The position numbers were made by a program, and so were the translations under genes. Shown piece after piece: positions 51,196-64,000 of a DNA stretch of 64,000 bases; positions within the stretch are counted from its first letter, which is position 1; each line of letters starts with the position of its first letter. The notes under the pieces were generated by a model that saw only the letters and a program-made list of their open reading frames with translations, had not been told where the DNA came from and searched no databases. The DNA comes from Eledone cirrhosa (Eukaryota), in contig OZ024758.1 in assembly GCA_964016885.1 (NCBI GenBank), forward strand, positions 15,376,001-15,440,000. Reading direction: 5' to 3'.

Positions 51196-51801
51196 CCGTC
51201 TCTTTCACTATCATGAGCAGATGGGGTCCCACGCGCTGGCCGCCCCATTCACCCGGCAGACAGATTAGAGAAGGTGTTTCTCTGGAGGATGGTATGGGAG
51301 ATGCGTTGAAAGAGCCATTCCATCTTGCGAAGCTCACACCTGTGGCTAGCCAGCTCAGCACCCATGGTGGTCAGTAGGGAGATAGACCTAGGGCCAAGGA
51401 CACCAGAAGTCTCCACTGCTCGGGGCTCAACTGCGAACCTGTCGGAGCGCGACCGATATTTAAAGAGTTTGCACGAAGAGCAGCAGAGCCTGAGTTAGTC
51501 GCAGACTGCACCAGGTTGCCATTGGAGAAGTTGTAGTTATAAGTATATATAAGAACCATGACAAATGGAGAGATGCTGTGCTGAGTAGGACCCGTCCCAC
51601 CCTTGCAAGCAGGGAAAAGAGGATGTAAAATAATGATGATATAAATAAATATATAAATAAACAAATTACCTGATTTCCTGCTTCAGACAGTCAAGTCATC
51701 ATCATCATCATCATCATCGTTTAACGTCCGTGTTCCACGCTTGCATGGGTTTGGACGGGAGTTTTCCCACTTGAGGCAAGAGTGGTTGTCTTGCTCGCAT
51801 A

Positions 51802-53374
51802 GGACTGTCTGGCGGGTTTTCTACAGTTGGATGCCCTTCCTAACACCAACCACATTTACAGTGTGGGGCTGGGAGGTTTTTACCGTGTTGCCTACACGGC
51901 CACATTACAGCGTGGACTGTCTGGCAGGTTTTCTACAGCTGGATGCCCTTCCTAACACCAACCACATTTACAGTGTGGGACTGGGAGGTTTTTACCGTGT
52001 TGCCTACACGGCCACATTACAGCGTGGACTGTCTGGCAGGTTTTCTACAGCTGGATGCCCTTCCTAACACCAACCACATTTACAGTGTGGGGCTGGGAGG
52101 TTTTTACCGTGTTGCCTACACGGCCACATTACAGCGTGGACTGTCTGGCAGGTTTTCTACAGCTGGATGCCCTTCCTAACACCAACCACATTTACAGTGT
52201 GGGGCTGGGAGGTTTTTACCGTGTTGCCTACACGGCCACATTACAGCGTGGACTGTCTGGCAGGTTTTCTACAGCTGGATGCCCTTCCTAACACCAACCA
52301 CATTTACAGTGTGGGACTGGGAGGTTTTTACCGTGTTGCCTACACGGCCACATTACAGCGTGGACTGTCTGGCAGGTTTTCTACAGCTGGATGCCCTTCC
52401 TAACACCAACCACATTTACAGTGTGGGACTGGGAGGTTTTTACCGTGTTGCCTACACGGCCACATTACAGCGTGGACTGTCTGGCAGGTTTTCTACAGCT
52501 GGATGCCCTTCCTAACACCAACCACATTTACAGTGTGGGGCTGGGAGGTTTTTACCGTGTTGCCTACACGGCCACATTACAGCGTGGACTGTCTGGCAGG
52601 TTTTCTACAGCTGGATGCCCTTCCTAACACCAACCACATTTACAGTGTGGGACTGGGAGGTTTTTACCGTGTTGCCTACACGGCCACATTACAGCGTGGA
52701 CTGTCTGGCAGGTTTTCTACAGCTGGATGCCCTTCCTAACACCAACCACATTTACAGTGTGGGACTGGGAGGTTTTTACCGTGTTGCCTACACGGCCACA
52801 TTACAGCGTGGACTGTCTGGCAGGTTTTCTACAGCTGGATGCCCTTCCTAACACCAACCACATTTACAGTGTGGGGCTGGGAGGTTTTTACCGTGTTGCC
52901 TACACGGCCACATTACAGCGTGGACTGTCTGGCAGGTTTTCTACAGCTGGATGCCCTTCCTAACACCAACCACATTTACAGTGTGGGACTGGGAGGTTTT
53001 TACCGTGTTGCCTACACGGCCACATTACAGCGTGGACTGTCTGGCAGGTTTTCTACAGCTGGATGCCCTTCCTAACACCAACCACATTTACAGTGTGGGA
53101 CTGGGAGGTTTTTACCGTGTTGCCTACACGGCCACATTACAGCGTGGACTGTCTGGCAGGTTTTCTACAGCTGGATGCCCTTCCTAACACCAACCACATT
53201 TACAGTGTGGGGCTGGGAGGTTTTTACCGTGTTGCCTACACGGCCACATTACAGCGTGGACTGTCTGGCAGGTTTTCTACAGCTGGATGCCCTTCCTAAC
53301 ACCAACCACATTTACAGTGTGGGACTGGGACGTTTTTACCGTGTTGCCTACACAGCCACATTACAGCGTGGACT
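51802..53374. repeat. 112-bp tandem array, 14 near-identical copies, derived from a SINE interior
   Basis: ORF track repeats every 112 nt; unit contains cagctggatgcccttcctaacaccaacc; SINE tail at 51697-51801. Confidence 0.95.
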
Positions 53375-54959
53375 ATGTGTTTTTTTTTCGTGACACCTAC
53401 ACGATCTCATTTGTTTCGGCCTGGATTTTGTGGCACCAACATAACTTTACATTGAAAGGGGCGGTGTGGATGGGGTGGGGGTGGTGGGACGGGGGTGTAT
53501 TTTGTTAGAGATGCCTACTGACTGTAGTAGGTTTTACTTTGTATTTAGGTAACGCGGGTCTTCTCTGTTACTGAGTACCGCCAAAGGTCTCAGTCCAGTT
53601 CTAAATGATAACTTTCTCACTGGGTCTTTGCCAATCTCTCTCTCTTCACCACACAGAAGCCAGCCAACCAGAGAGGAATAGAACCTCCCACCTCCACTTA
53701 TTAACCATTCTGTTTGCCCGACAGCGTACGGCTGTCTAGAGGTTTTACGCCTTTTAACCGCAGAGACCAGCTCTTCTGGTAATATGTCTTCCTATCAGTC
53801 ATACAAGTTCTGGTTCTCCTAGCATCCTTCTGTAATTCTTTATTCAAAACTTTTCCAGCGCGTCTCCCTTGCTGTCCTCCGCGGAAACACCTCCATTCTG
53901 ACCGCCGGGGCTGTGGGGAGGGCCCCATCGCAAATCATTCCATATTTAGTTGTGGTCGGTGTGTGTGTGTTTGTATATATTGCTTTTGTTTTCATTCAGC
54001 ATCATGTCATTCTTCATTGCTTTTCTGTATATAAAAAAAAAAAAAATCAAACTTGGAGAAGAAAGAAAAAATAAATAAATAAATAAAATGACAAGTTATC
54101 GCGTAATACTGAATATATATGTTCATCATCATCATCACCGTTTTACGTCCTTTCTTCCACGCTAGCATGGGTTAGACGGGTTGTCCTGTTGTGGGCAGTG
54201 TCCGGTCGGCTGACCATGCCTTGCTCATACAGGAACTGATTTGGCTTGATTTCTGCAGCTGGATGCCCTTCCTAACACCAACCTCATTTACAGTGAGTGC
54301 TGGATGCTTTTTCGTGGTGCCTACACGTCCACTTTACAGTGTGGGCTGGGTGCTTTTTTGCCGTGGCACCTCCACGACCACCTTGCAGTTCTCTATCTTT
54401 ATATGTGATATCAATTTAGGAATCACTAAAAACTGTCCAACGTTAGGTATTTGAGGAAAAAAGTGTTGTCTCTGATCAAGACAAAGCGAGTCTTTTTGAA
54501 TTCATATAAAAAAAGAGAAAACTTATCACTGGAACAGCCGTTAAAACAAGCTAATGGCTGTGAAAAACAGTGATGGGCAAAAATGCCTCAAAGGACAGAG
54601 ACCAACAGCCAGTGGTCAACAGAGAGACAATCCACAAGGTGAAATATCCGCAGGCAGGTGAAATATTTCTTTCAAACCTTCTTTTACCATATTTCAAAGG
54701 AAATACACTACCAGAGTTTCAATTAATTTTAAAGCGGAAAAATTTGGAAGGAATTAGTACAATGACTGGTACTTTTTTTTTATTGACCTCGAAAGGATGA
54801 AAAGCAAAGTTGATCTTGGCGGGATTTGAACTCAGAGAGCAGAGAGCTGGAACGAATACCATAAGGTATTCTATCCGACATTCTAACGACTGAGCCAATA
54901 CAGTAGAGGATGTTAAGAATTAATAAAATGATAACTGGGTGAGGGGATAAAAAAACAAA

Positions 54960-56688
54960 TCAGAAACAACATAGATGAATTATAAATTTATTTGTTTTCC
55001 TTTTTTAAATCTGGTTACATGGAAAATAAGGGATTGTTGCAAATAACTATTTATCCACCTACCCCCTTAAGTTTTGGGGGAGAGGGAGAGGGGGTTTCTT
55101 TTTTTCACTCTTAACCAAACATTTCAAGGAATTGTATATATATACAGGTCTTTAGAATCATCATGAAACAAAAGTAGAAAAGAAAGAGCAGCCAAATATA
55201 AACAGATGTTAATAGAAAAAGGTGTCTTGTATTCCTTGGATGTTGATACGACTGCTAAACCAAAGAAGATGAACTACTCTAGGTCTTCCCATGAGCTGAA
55301 TTTAGTTTTAATGAATTTGTCCATTGTAAGTAGAAGTTTAGCAACACTAATAAGATGTAAAAAAAATAATAATGAAAGGAAAGTCTGAGATGGGCAGAAG
55401 ATAAAACCACATTTCCTAGCAAGATTCACTCAATATGAGTGATGGTGGTCATATGGAAAGGTGGGAGAAGGGGGATGGAGTGAATCACATGTTTGAGGCC
55501 TTAATTAATTAAACCTTTTTGTAAGGGACAGGGGCTTGTTTTAAGTATGAGAGCAGAAAGACTGCAAATGAAGATCCAAACTAAGGGACCAAGGCACAAG
55601 GTTTGGGATTTCTAAGTAGATTTCCTCCTTCCTTTTTCCCTTTGTAAATGTTATTCCTGTAGTTTAGTTGAAATGAAATTTAACTCTTAACATCCTGTAA
55701 TCAGCAGAAAATATCTATTTAAAAAATGGTTTGTTAATTTAAAATGTTGATAGTATCTTTACTAGTGGACAGATTGTTGTAAAAACTTGCAGTAAACTTA
55801 AGTAAAGACTTTCATCTTTAATATGAAGCAGTCAGTGCTGTTTTGTCATTTTCAAGAATATCTTGCTAATGTGGTTTCATGAGCTACAGGATGTTAAGGG
55901 TTATTAAGGAAGGATTGTTCCAAGAGATTCTTTATGAACAAAAATGTTATTCTTAAAAAATGAAGATATTTCAAATGTTTGAGAAAGTCTTTTTTTCTCA
56001 TCTAAAATGTTGGGAGCCTTGCAAAATGAAGAATATGGGTGGCAACGGTTTAGATTATTATTTTTTTAGTTCTTGGATGGAGAAGACAAAGCATAGTTGA
56101 AACTGTACAAGTTTTACCCCATCTACTTATCAAAATTCAGAAAAATACAAATTCTTAAGGTAAACCACTGTTTTAGGACAACACTTTCAAAATCAATCTG
56201 GAATGATGCTAAACTTTGAATTAATTCATTGTTATGCTTTTCACAAACTTGCAATTATATTTTTTTTTTCCAGAATTACATATAAACGAGATCTTTGTAG
56301 AATATCTACCAAATTAACAGGTTTTGTTGTTGTGGGGAGAGAAAGGGGTTTGTTTAATTTGATGGTTGCCTACAATGGAAATTCGTAAAATGGTGACTAC
56401 ATATAATTTAGTTCTTGTGTGAGTGTGAGTGTGTGTGTTATCAAATGAAATTCTTTCAAATGCAAGAGACAAGTTGGAAATTAGGATGAAAAAAGATTTT
56501 AAAATAAAAATTTTAAAAAGAAATCTTCATGCCATGTTCAATCCAAAAATGATTTGTGAAAATTTTTTTTTTAAAGTTTGAAAATGCTGAATGAGCTTTT
56601 ATGAAAGCATCTAGCAAATTCCAATTTCGTGAACAAGGTGTTATCCATAACAAAATATTTCCCAGCCCCATTCTGCTTCCCTGGAGTC
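54960..56688 (-). other. Probable CDC73 3' UTR (~1.7 kb)
   Basis: Unusually repeat-free stretch after the stop; minus-strand AATAAA near 54987-54992. Confidence 0.45.
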
Positions 56689-56725
56689 CTAGAATCGAAG
56701 ATGATTCTTATTTTTCATCATGTAT
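56689..56725 (-). CDS. CDC73: CDC73 last coding exon (YMMKNKNHLRF*)
   Basis: ttccttctgtttccag acceptor, 37 nt ending TAG. Matches recalled human C-terminus YMVKHKSHLRF. Confidence 0.93.
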
Positions 56726-57224
56726 CTGGAAACAGAAGGAAAAAAAAAAATAAGATTGATGAACAGTTGAAGATAAAATGTAATTCTTTTTTTTCATCTA
56801 AAAAGAGATAAAATACATGCCAAACTAGAAAAAAACAAGTACTGGAGTTTGATAAAATGGAAATGGTAATGATAAATCCCTTTAAGGTGGTGGTGCCCCA
56901 GCATGAATTTGTCTTGCTCAAGGACACAACACATTGCCTGGTCCAGGAATGGAACTCAAAACTTTACGATTGTAAGCCCAATGCTTTAACCACTCAGCCA
57001 TGAGTGTAGATAAAATACTCCCCTCCCCCCCAGTCATATATATAGGTCTCCAATCGATACATCCATATCACTTTATGACCAGCTGATTGGAACAGAACCT
57101 ACCAGATCATCATATGTCAGAGAGGACCTGTATTTAAACCAAATCTCAGATTTGAGGATACTGTCCACCTATCCTTCCAACAATCTTGGAAACTCCGAAG
57201 AGAGCCGTGGTCACCCCCCTTACC

Positions 57225-57480
57225 TCCTGGGTCTGGCTTTGTTGTGGCGAGGGAACTTGTGTGTTCCATAAATCCGAGAGAGTGTTACCATTTGGAGCTT
57301 CGCTCCTGGTAGAGCAGCCCAAGGAAGGCCGGTCTCTTGAGGATGTTCCAGACCAACAGTAACCTGCAGCGTGTCGGCTCGCCACCAAGATGGCAGCCCC
57401 ATCATCCAACTATTCTGCAGAGGGCCAACAACCCGCCCAGAAGAACCATCAACTTGTTACGAAGCCAACTACCTCCCAGA
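57225..57480 (+). mobile_element. Probable RTE-type 5' UTR fragment in the last CDC73 intron
   Basis: GC-rich; ctttgttgtggcgagggaacttgtgtgttcc resembles recalled RTE/BovB 5' ends. Confidence 0.4.
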
Positions 57481-57564
57481 CTAAACATTAGAAAGAAAAA
57501 AAAAAGATTCCTTTAATCATTAGAAAGGGGTCGTGCAAATATGAAGGAAAAGTTAAAACCTTAC

Positions 57565-57706
57565 CTGTCCAGCACTTCCCAAAATTGTTGCAACATTGCC
57601 CTATCCAAATGGCGTTTGTGCCTGTCCAGATTAATCACATTAACTGCCCATTTCTTTATATTATTATCTAATGGCAAATCAGCCCATTTCACATGGAAAG
57701 CTCTGA
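57565..57706 (-). CDS. CDC73: CDC73 exon (IRAFHVKWADLPLDNNIKKWAVNVINLDRHKRHLDRAMLQQFWEVLDR)
   Basis: ttcttgttaaacag acceptor, AG|gtaagg donor, 142 nt. KRHLDR and FWE.LDR motifs. Confidence 0.95.
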
Positions 57707-58568
57707 CTGTTTAACAAGAAAGAAAAACAAGATTTTAAATAGAAGACAAATCACTTTGTAATGGTTTATGATTTAGGCACAAAGCCAACAATATTTTGTA
57801 TAAGTTCATGGTTTCTGCTGTGTAAAACAGGTAGGTATATTAAACAGCACCCAATATGTGTGCAGCAAATACATGACTTTCAGAAACACTTTTTCACGCT
57901 CAGAGTTGCTTAAGCATGGAACAAACTACCTACATCAGGTCAACCTATGAACTTTTCAACCCACCCTCGTATTAATAAAAAGTGAAGTACACTTCTCTCA
58001 CTGACTACCTGAAATAAAACATGAAATCTGACCCACAGACCAACACCAAATTATTTGTTCTTTGTAGTGAAGTGTTGGAATTTAAATGTATTCTGCTTCT
58101 ATTAATGTCAGTAAAATTAGATGTGGAATTTTATGATAAAGTTGTCATGTTGGTATCACAACAAAAAGCACCCAGCCCACGCTGTAAAGTGGTTGTGGAG
58201 GTATCATGACAAAAAGTACCCAGCCCACACTGTAAAGTGGTCGTGTTGGTATCACAACAAAAACCACCCAGCCCATACTGCAAAGTGTTCATGTAAGTGT
58301 CATGACAAAAAGTACCCAGTCCACACTGTAAAGTGGTCGTGTAGATGTCATGACAAAAAGCACCCAGACGACACTGTAAATGTGGTTGGTGTTAGGAAGG
58401 GCATCCAGCTGTAGAAACCAAGCCAGAAAGAGTTCTGTATGAGCAAGATTGGGGCATCTGATCTGACTTGCCTCAAACGAGACAGCACGTCTAACCCATA
58501 CTAGCATGGAAAATGGACATTAAATGATAATGATGATGAATAGGATTAATATATCAAGAAATACTTAC

Positions 58569-58660
58569 TTCTAGAAAATATCTCAACAGGATTACCATCC
58601 CAAGGCCAACCCTTAAACTGCCATGCAGGACCTTGTACAAACACAGCAACAACACGATCC
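58569..58660 (-). CDS. CDC73: CDC73 exon ([30 protein letters not shown])
   Basis: ttttgtcttccag acceptor, A|gtaagt donor, 92 nt. Hallmark [21 protein letters not shown] motif. Confidence 0.97.
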
Positions 58661-58690
58661 CTGGAAGACAAAATATGTGTGTGTGTGTAA

Positions 58691-58736
<46 letters not shown>

Positions 58737-58866
58737 GTCGTAATTTGCTTAAAGTATTGTTGAATAGGAAACACAAATTTAAATAATTTTGAAAACCATA
58801 CAATGCACTAGAAAATTAAAATTGCTAAGATAACGATAGAATCTTACCTTAGCAAATTTAATTATA

Positions 58867-58914
<48 letters not shown>

Positions 58915-59023
58915 TAATTATATACCATATATATAAAAACAAAGGCTATTACAATTGAAAGCAAGGGATCGCTTTCAATTGTAATAGCCTTTGTTTTTAT
59001 TTCATATCTTACATCCATATTAA

Positions 59024-59100
59024 ATTTTCATTCTGATGAGCAATTTCAAACGGTTCTGTTGAGCTCGTCTGTCTTCATGAAACCTTTGGTAAATGGAAAA
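59024..59100 (+). ncRNA. Degenerate hammerhead motif (family D) in a CDC73 intron, antisense to CDC73
   Basis: TTTTCATT-CTGATGA-(poorly paired stem II)-GAAA-CC(ttt)GG-TA^AATGGAAA. Confidence 0.4.
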
Positions 59101-59191
59101 ATTGTCTTATGTTGTTCATTACATAATTAAATAGCTCTGTAGCCTACATAGAGCACTCTCCTTTCCTTTACCCTTCATACGGAAATACTTC

Positions 59192-59248
<57 letters not shown>

Positions 59249-59333
59249 AGAGTCAGGACCCGATGGCTGAGCTTTTGCTGATTCAAGTACTTTGTTGAAT
59301 AACTGTCTGACAAGTTTCACTGGTTCTATTCTG

Positions 59334-59372
<39 letters not shown>

Positions 59373-60238
59373 AATGATGTAATAAAATAAAGATGTACTA
59401 ATAAAACCGTCTCTCTTATTTATTATATTGAAACTCCAGTTAATACCTTACAGAGAAAATTCTAACGAATACAAACCGTAGAGTGCTTTACACCTGTTTA
59501 CGAAAAAGTCGGTGGATTATATGATCAACTGGTTGGCGTAGGAAGGGCATTCAGCCGTAGAAAACCTGCCAGAAACAGTTGTATACAAGCGAGACATGGT
59601 CACTTGACCAATTTGCCTCAAGTGGGACAAACCTGTCCAACTCATGCTAGTGTGGAAGATATACGATATATAAAGATGATGTTAAAGATGATATATATAT
59701 ATATATATAAGATCATATTACGTCCACTTTTCCCTGCTTGCAAGGGTTGGACGGGAACTGATTCTGGCTTGATTTCTACAGCTGGATGCCCTTCCTAACA
59801 CCAACCTCATTTACAGTGAGTGCTGGGTGCTTTTTGACCGTGGCACCTCCACAACCACTTTGCAGTGGAATGATAGGGACCCCAGTCCCTATCATCTCAT
59901 TTCTACAGCTGAGTAAACTGGAGCAATGTGAAATAAAGTGTCTTGCTCAAGGAAACAACACATCACCCGGTCTGAGAATTGAACTCACAACCTTTCGATT
60001 GCAAGGCCAATGCTCTAACCACTAAGCCAGGTGCCTCCCTATATATATTTATTAAAGTTTAAGCAAAGATTCTTTAATCTGTTATTTTAATAAATATTTG
60101 CTCTATGGTTTTTATATATATTATCCTTATCAAACCCTCTTCGGATTTTAGTCTTCACATTATTATTGAGAGAGAGAGAGAAAGATAGAGAGAGAGAGAC
60201 ATAAATATAGAGCCAAACAACAAGTATTCAATACATAC

Positions 60239-60376
60239 CAGTCATCTGCCTGAAGTTTGGTAGGATTATCAATAATACGGTATGGTACAGTTAAACCTCC
60301 TTCTTTCCGTCTTTGAATTAATACTTCATTTTCTCTTTTCATACCGTGAGCTCGTTTTTCTTCAGTACTGAGAAAC
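60239..60376 (-). CDS. CDC73: CDC73 exon ([46 protein letters not shown])
   Basis: ttttgccccacag acceptor, TG|gtatgt donor, 138 nt, in frame. Confidence 0.95.
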
Positions 60377-61647
60377 CTGTGGGGCAAAAAAAAAAAACGA
60401 TTAAAAGTCACAGGAACATGTAAATATGGCATATAAAGACAATTCCAACGTCGTAGAAAATATAACAACCCTTTAGCATTTAAACCAGCCATATCCAGCT
60501 ACAATTCTCTCATCTCTTTCTGTTCAAACTAGCTGTAACCAGCTGCTCATACTGATGTTAACCCTTTAGCATTTAAACCAGCCATATCCGGCCAGAATTC
60601 TCTCACCTCTTTCTGTTCAAACCAGCTATAACTTTCAGTTTCAATACAGATATCGAAAAACAGACGAAAGTAATATGTAGTAAAGGAAAAACATGAATTT
60701 GTTTTTTAAAATATCAATCCAGACATAAGACTGGAATTTGGTTGATTGAAACTGTGCAGAAGCCCACTGTAACAATGCAAATGTCGGTATAAATAATTTG
60801 GCATGTTTCAGTTTTTGAAGAGAATCAACTCTCTTAAGGGACGTAACTCGGTAAAAAATGGCCATTCGGTAGAATGAGTACCAGACAGGGGTATGGTATG
60901 GTCCCCATAACTCCTGATAGAGTCATAGTGACACTATTGACATACGGCGTTACTTGGGCATTTTAAGCCTGGTGGAGCCCATCTCTTCTCCGGGCCTGAG
61001 TACAGCAGAGTTCTTCCAGAGAAAGACAGATTGAGTGAGAGAATGGAAGTGAGACAAAGATATAGAGGAAGAATCGACCCCAGTATTAGACTGGTACTTC
61101 TTTTTTCATCAACCTCAAAAGGATAAAAGACAAATTTGACCTCGTTGGGATTTGAACTCAAAGAACAGAAAGGTAGAACAAATACTACAAAGGATTCTAT
61201 CTGACGTTCTAACAACTGCCAATTCGTCGCCTTGCTAGTGTAGATACGACTAAAATCGCTTCAAGACGGTGCCCAAGTATGACAACAGTCTAAGAATAAA
61301 AGTTTGTTTTCTTTTTAAATCTCTAAATCGATTTGAATTATAGTAATATGTATTTCATGGTTTATCATGAAATACATATTACATTTATCAACAACATCAA
61401 CATTAACATTTACTTTAGAAAGTCAATTTAACTGAGGTTTTGACAACTGATGATTGACAACTTAATAGCAAACAACAACCAGCATTTTATGGCAATTTTC
61501 CCTGCTAAAGCAAGGGTTAAGCCTTGCAAGCCCCTTCATATCCATCAGGGAATCTTTTTTTTTTTTCTTTTGAATCAATGTTTTACAGCCAGATGCCATT
61601 CTTAGCATCAACTCTTTTAGTCAGCTCTTACAACACACAGCTACACA

Positions 61648-62168
<521 letters not shown>

Positions 62169-62604
62169 CATCATCATCATCATTTCATTTTACGTCCGCT
62201 TTTCCCTGCTTGCAAGGGTGGGACGGGAACTGATTCTGGCTTGATTTCTACAGCTGGATGCCCTTCCTAACACCAACCTCATTTACAGTGAGTGCTGGGT
62301 GCTTTTTTGCCGTGGCACCTCCACGACCACTTTGCAGTGGAATGATAGGGACTCCAGTCCCTATCATCTCATTTCTACAGCTGAGTAAACTGGAGCAATG
62401 TGAAATAAAGTCTCTTGCTCAAGGAAACAACACATCACCCGGTCTGAGAATTGAACTCACAACCTTTCGATTGCAAGGCCAATGCTCTAACCACTAAGCC
62501 TCCGGGTTGAATCGGAGGTAACCACAGTAAGTAAGGTACATAGAGTATAACAGTTTTAATATAGATGAGATTCTACAGGACTAGAACTGTTTCATTCTTG
62601 AGAA

Positions 62605-62662
<58 letters not shown>

Positions 62663-63066
62663 CCAACTGGCCTGTCCCTCCTTATGACTGCCATTCAGTT
62701 CCACACTGTAAATGTGGTTGGTGTTGGGAAGGGCATCCAGCCATAGATACAAACCTGGCCAAATTTACAGTCCCATCAGAGCAATGAACCGCGTGGACAA
62801 CCCTGGCCAGGCTTGTCTCTTGACGCGGACAACCCAACTGACCCGTGCAAGCATGGAAAAAATGGACATAAAATGTGATGATGATGATGATATTCTAGAC
62901 TGGATACACAGAGAGGAATATAAAAGATGGCTTGCGGGATATTATTTTTTTTGTTTTTTGTTTTGTTTATCTATTTCTAGGAATTTTCAAAACAAAACTG
63001 TTTATCAAATGAGTACAACAAATGGAATCAGAAGAACGAAGAGAAAAAAAAAGACTAAAAGATTAC

Positions 63067-63319
63067 CGCAAATCTTGTAACATATCTTTTGAGTTGAACA
63101 TAGTGATGAGTGATGTGGCAGCAGCAGGGATGATAATGACTGGAGTGCGAGAACCTTTCTTTAAATTTGGAATAGGTCGGGCTTGAGAGATGGGTCGTGG
63201 TTGTGGAATAGCAGTAGGTAGAGGAGTGTGGGTTTTTCTGGCTAGGGCCCCTTCTGTCACAGATTTCAGTGTCATTCCGTGGTATGTTCCCATTGTGTCA
63301 ATTTTGAAACCTTCCGTTT
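63067..63319 (-). CDS. CDC73: CDC73 exon ([24 protein letters not shown]...[30 protein letters not shown])
   Basis: ttttctcag acceptor, CG|gtaatc donor, 253 nt. Near-identical to recalled human CDC73 residues. Confidence 0.96.
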
Positions 63320-63678
63320 CTGAGAAAAGTAAATAAATAAAATAAATAAATAAATAAATAAATAAATAAAAGGGGGCAATCTGTTTAAAAAGAAAAGATC
63401 AACACTTTCCTTGTCCAATCCTTTTCAGCACAGAAGAAATGTAAAATACGATCTGAAGGTTTAAAACTACATAACAGATACCATGGAAAGAATATCAGCT
63501 ACTACATATATATGCGGTGCCCCAGCATGGCCTCAGCCAGATGGCTGAAACAGGTAAAAGAGTAAAAGAGCATGTGAAGTTTAACCTTTGCTTTCTACAG
63601 CATGGCCTCGGTCTGTCAGCTGGAATACATGATAAAGAATATATATTAAATATAATGTAAAAGAAAAGAATATCTTAC

Positions 63679-63745
63679 CTTCTTTGCCTCTAAAACGCTC
63701 CTGATCGTATCTGTTATAACCCACTGCTGGGGGAGGTCGGGGTTG
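63679..63745 (-). CDS. CDC73: CDC73 (parafibromin, PAF1 complex) internal exon (QPRPPPAVGYNRYDQERFRGKE)
   Basis: ttcttttcag acceptor, G|gtaaga donor, 67 nt. YNRYDQERF.GKE is a conserved CDC73 motif. Confidence 0.93.
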
Positions 63746-64000
63746 CTGAAAAGAAGTAAATTAAGACTTATCAAATGTATTTGAATATAAGACGAGGAAT
63801 ATGTGACCCTCCCCCACCAAAAGAAAAATGTGATTAGCTGTCTCGGCTTATAAATGGGGTTTCATTTTTTTCCCCATTTCTGAGACATAAAATAGAGGGA
63901 GGAAAGGGGGTCAACTTACATTCGAGTATATCTGGTAAGTACTGGTTATGTAGAAAACAAAGGATACTTAAATTTTTGGTTTAGAAACTTTTGGGGGAAC

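Noticed and set aside
51802-53374. CRISPR-like or repeated-gene array
   Set aside because: Head-to-tail near-identical units with no unique spacers; eukaryotic SINE origin.
53560-53930. GC-rich ORF (75 aa, minus strand)
   Set aside because: Looks like frameshifted LINE debris (VLNKELQKDARR); not supportable as a gene.

Overview
AT-rich, repeat-dense eukaryotic (animal) genomic DNA. The SINE families and huge (TA)n-type arrays suggest an octopus/coleoid cephalopod (inference). Two convergent spliced genes are partly present: the last three coding exons of ZMYND19 (+; 3419-16077) and the last six coding exons of CDC73/parafibromin (-; 63745-56689). All GT-AG junctions give a continuous reading frame. 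About 40 kb between them is SINEs, RTE-LINE debris, TTAA (piggyBac-type), hAT and Tc1/mariner non-autonomous elements, micro/minisatellites and a 200-N gap. Nearly all long ORFs in the track are microsatellite artefacts. The most unusual signal is a set of eight hammerhead-ribozyme-like motifs (CUGANGA...GAAA...UH; five well formed, three degenerate) from about four sequence families, plus palindromes holding only the 3' half of the motif. Many sit in perfect or near-perfect fold-back palindromes centred on the ribozyme's own helices, a layout expected for Penelope-like retroelement termini. All calls are by eye; no database search was run.
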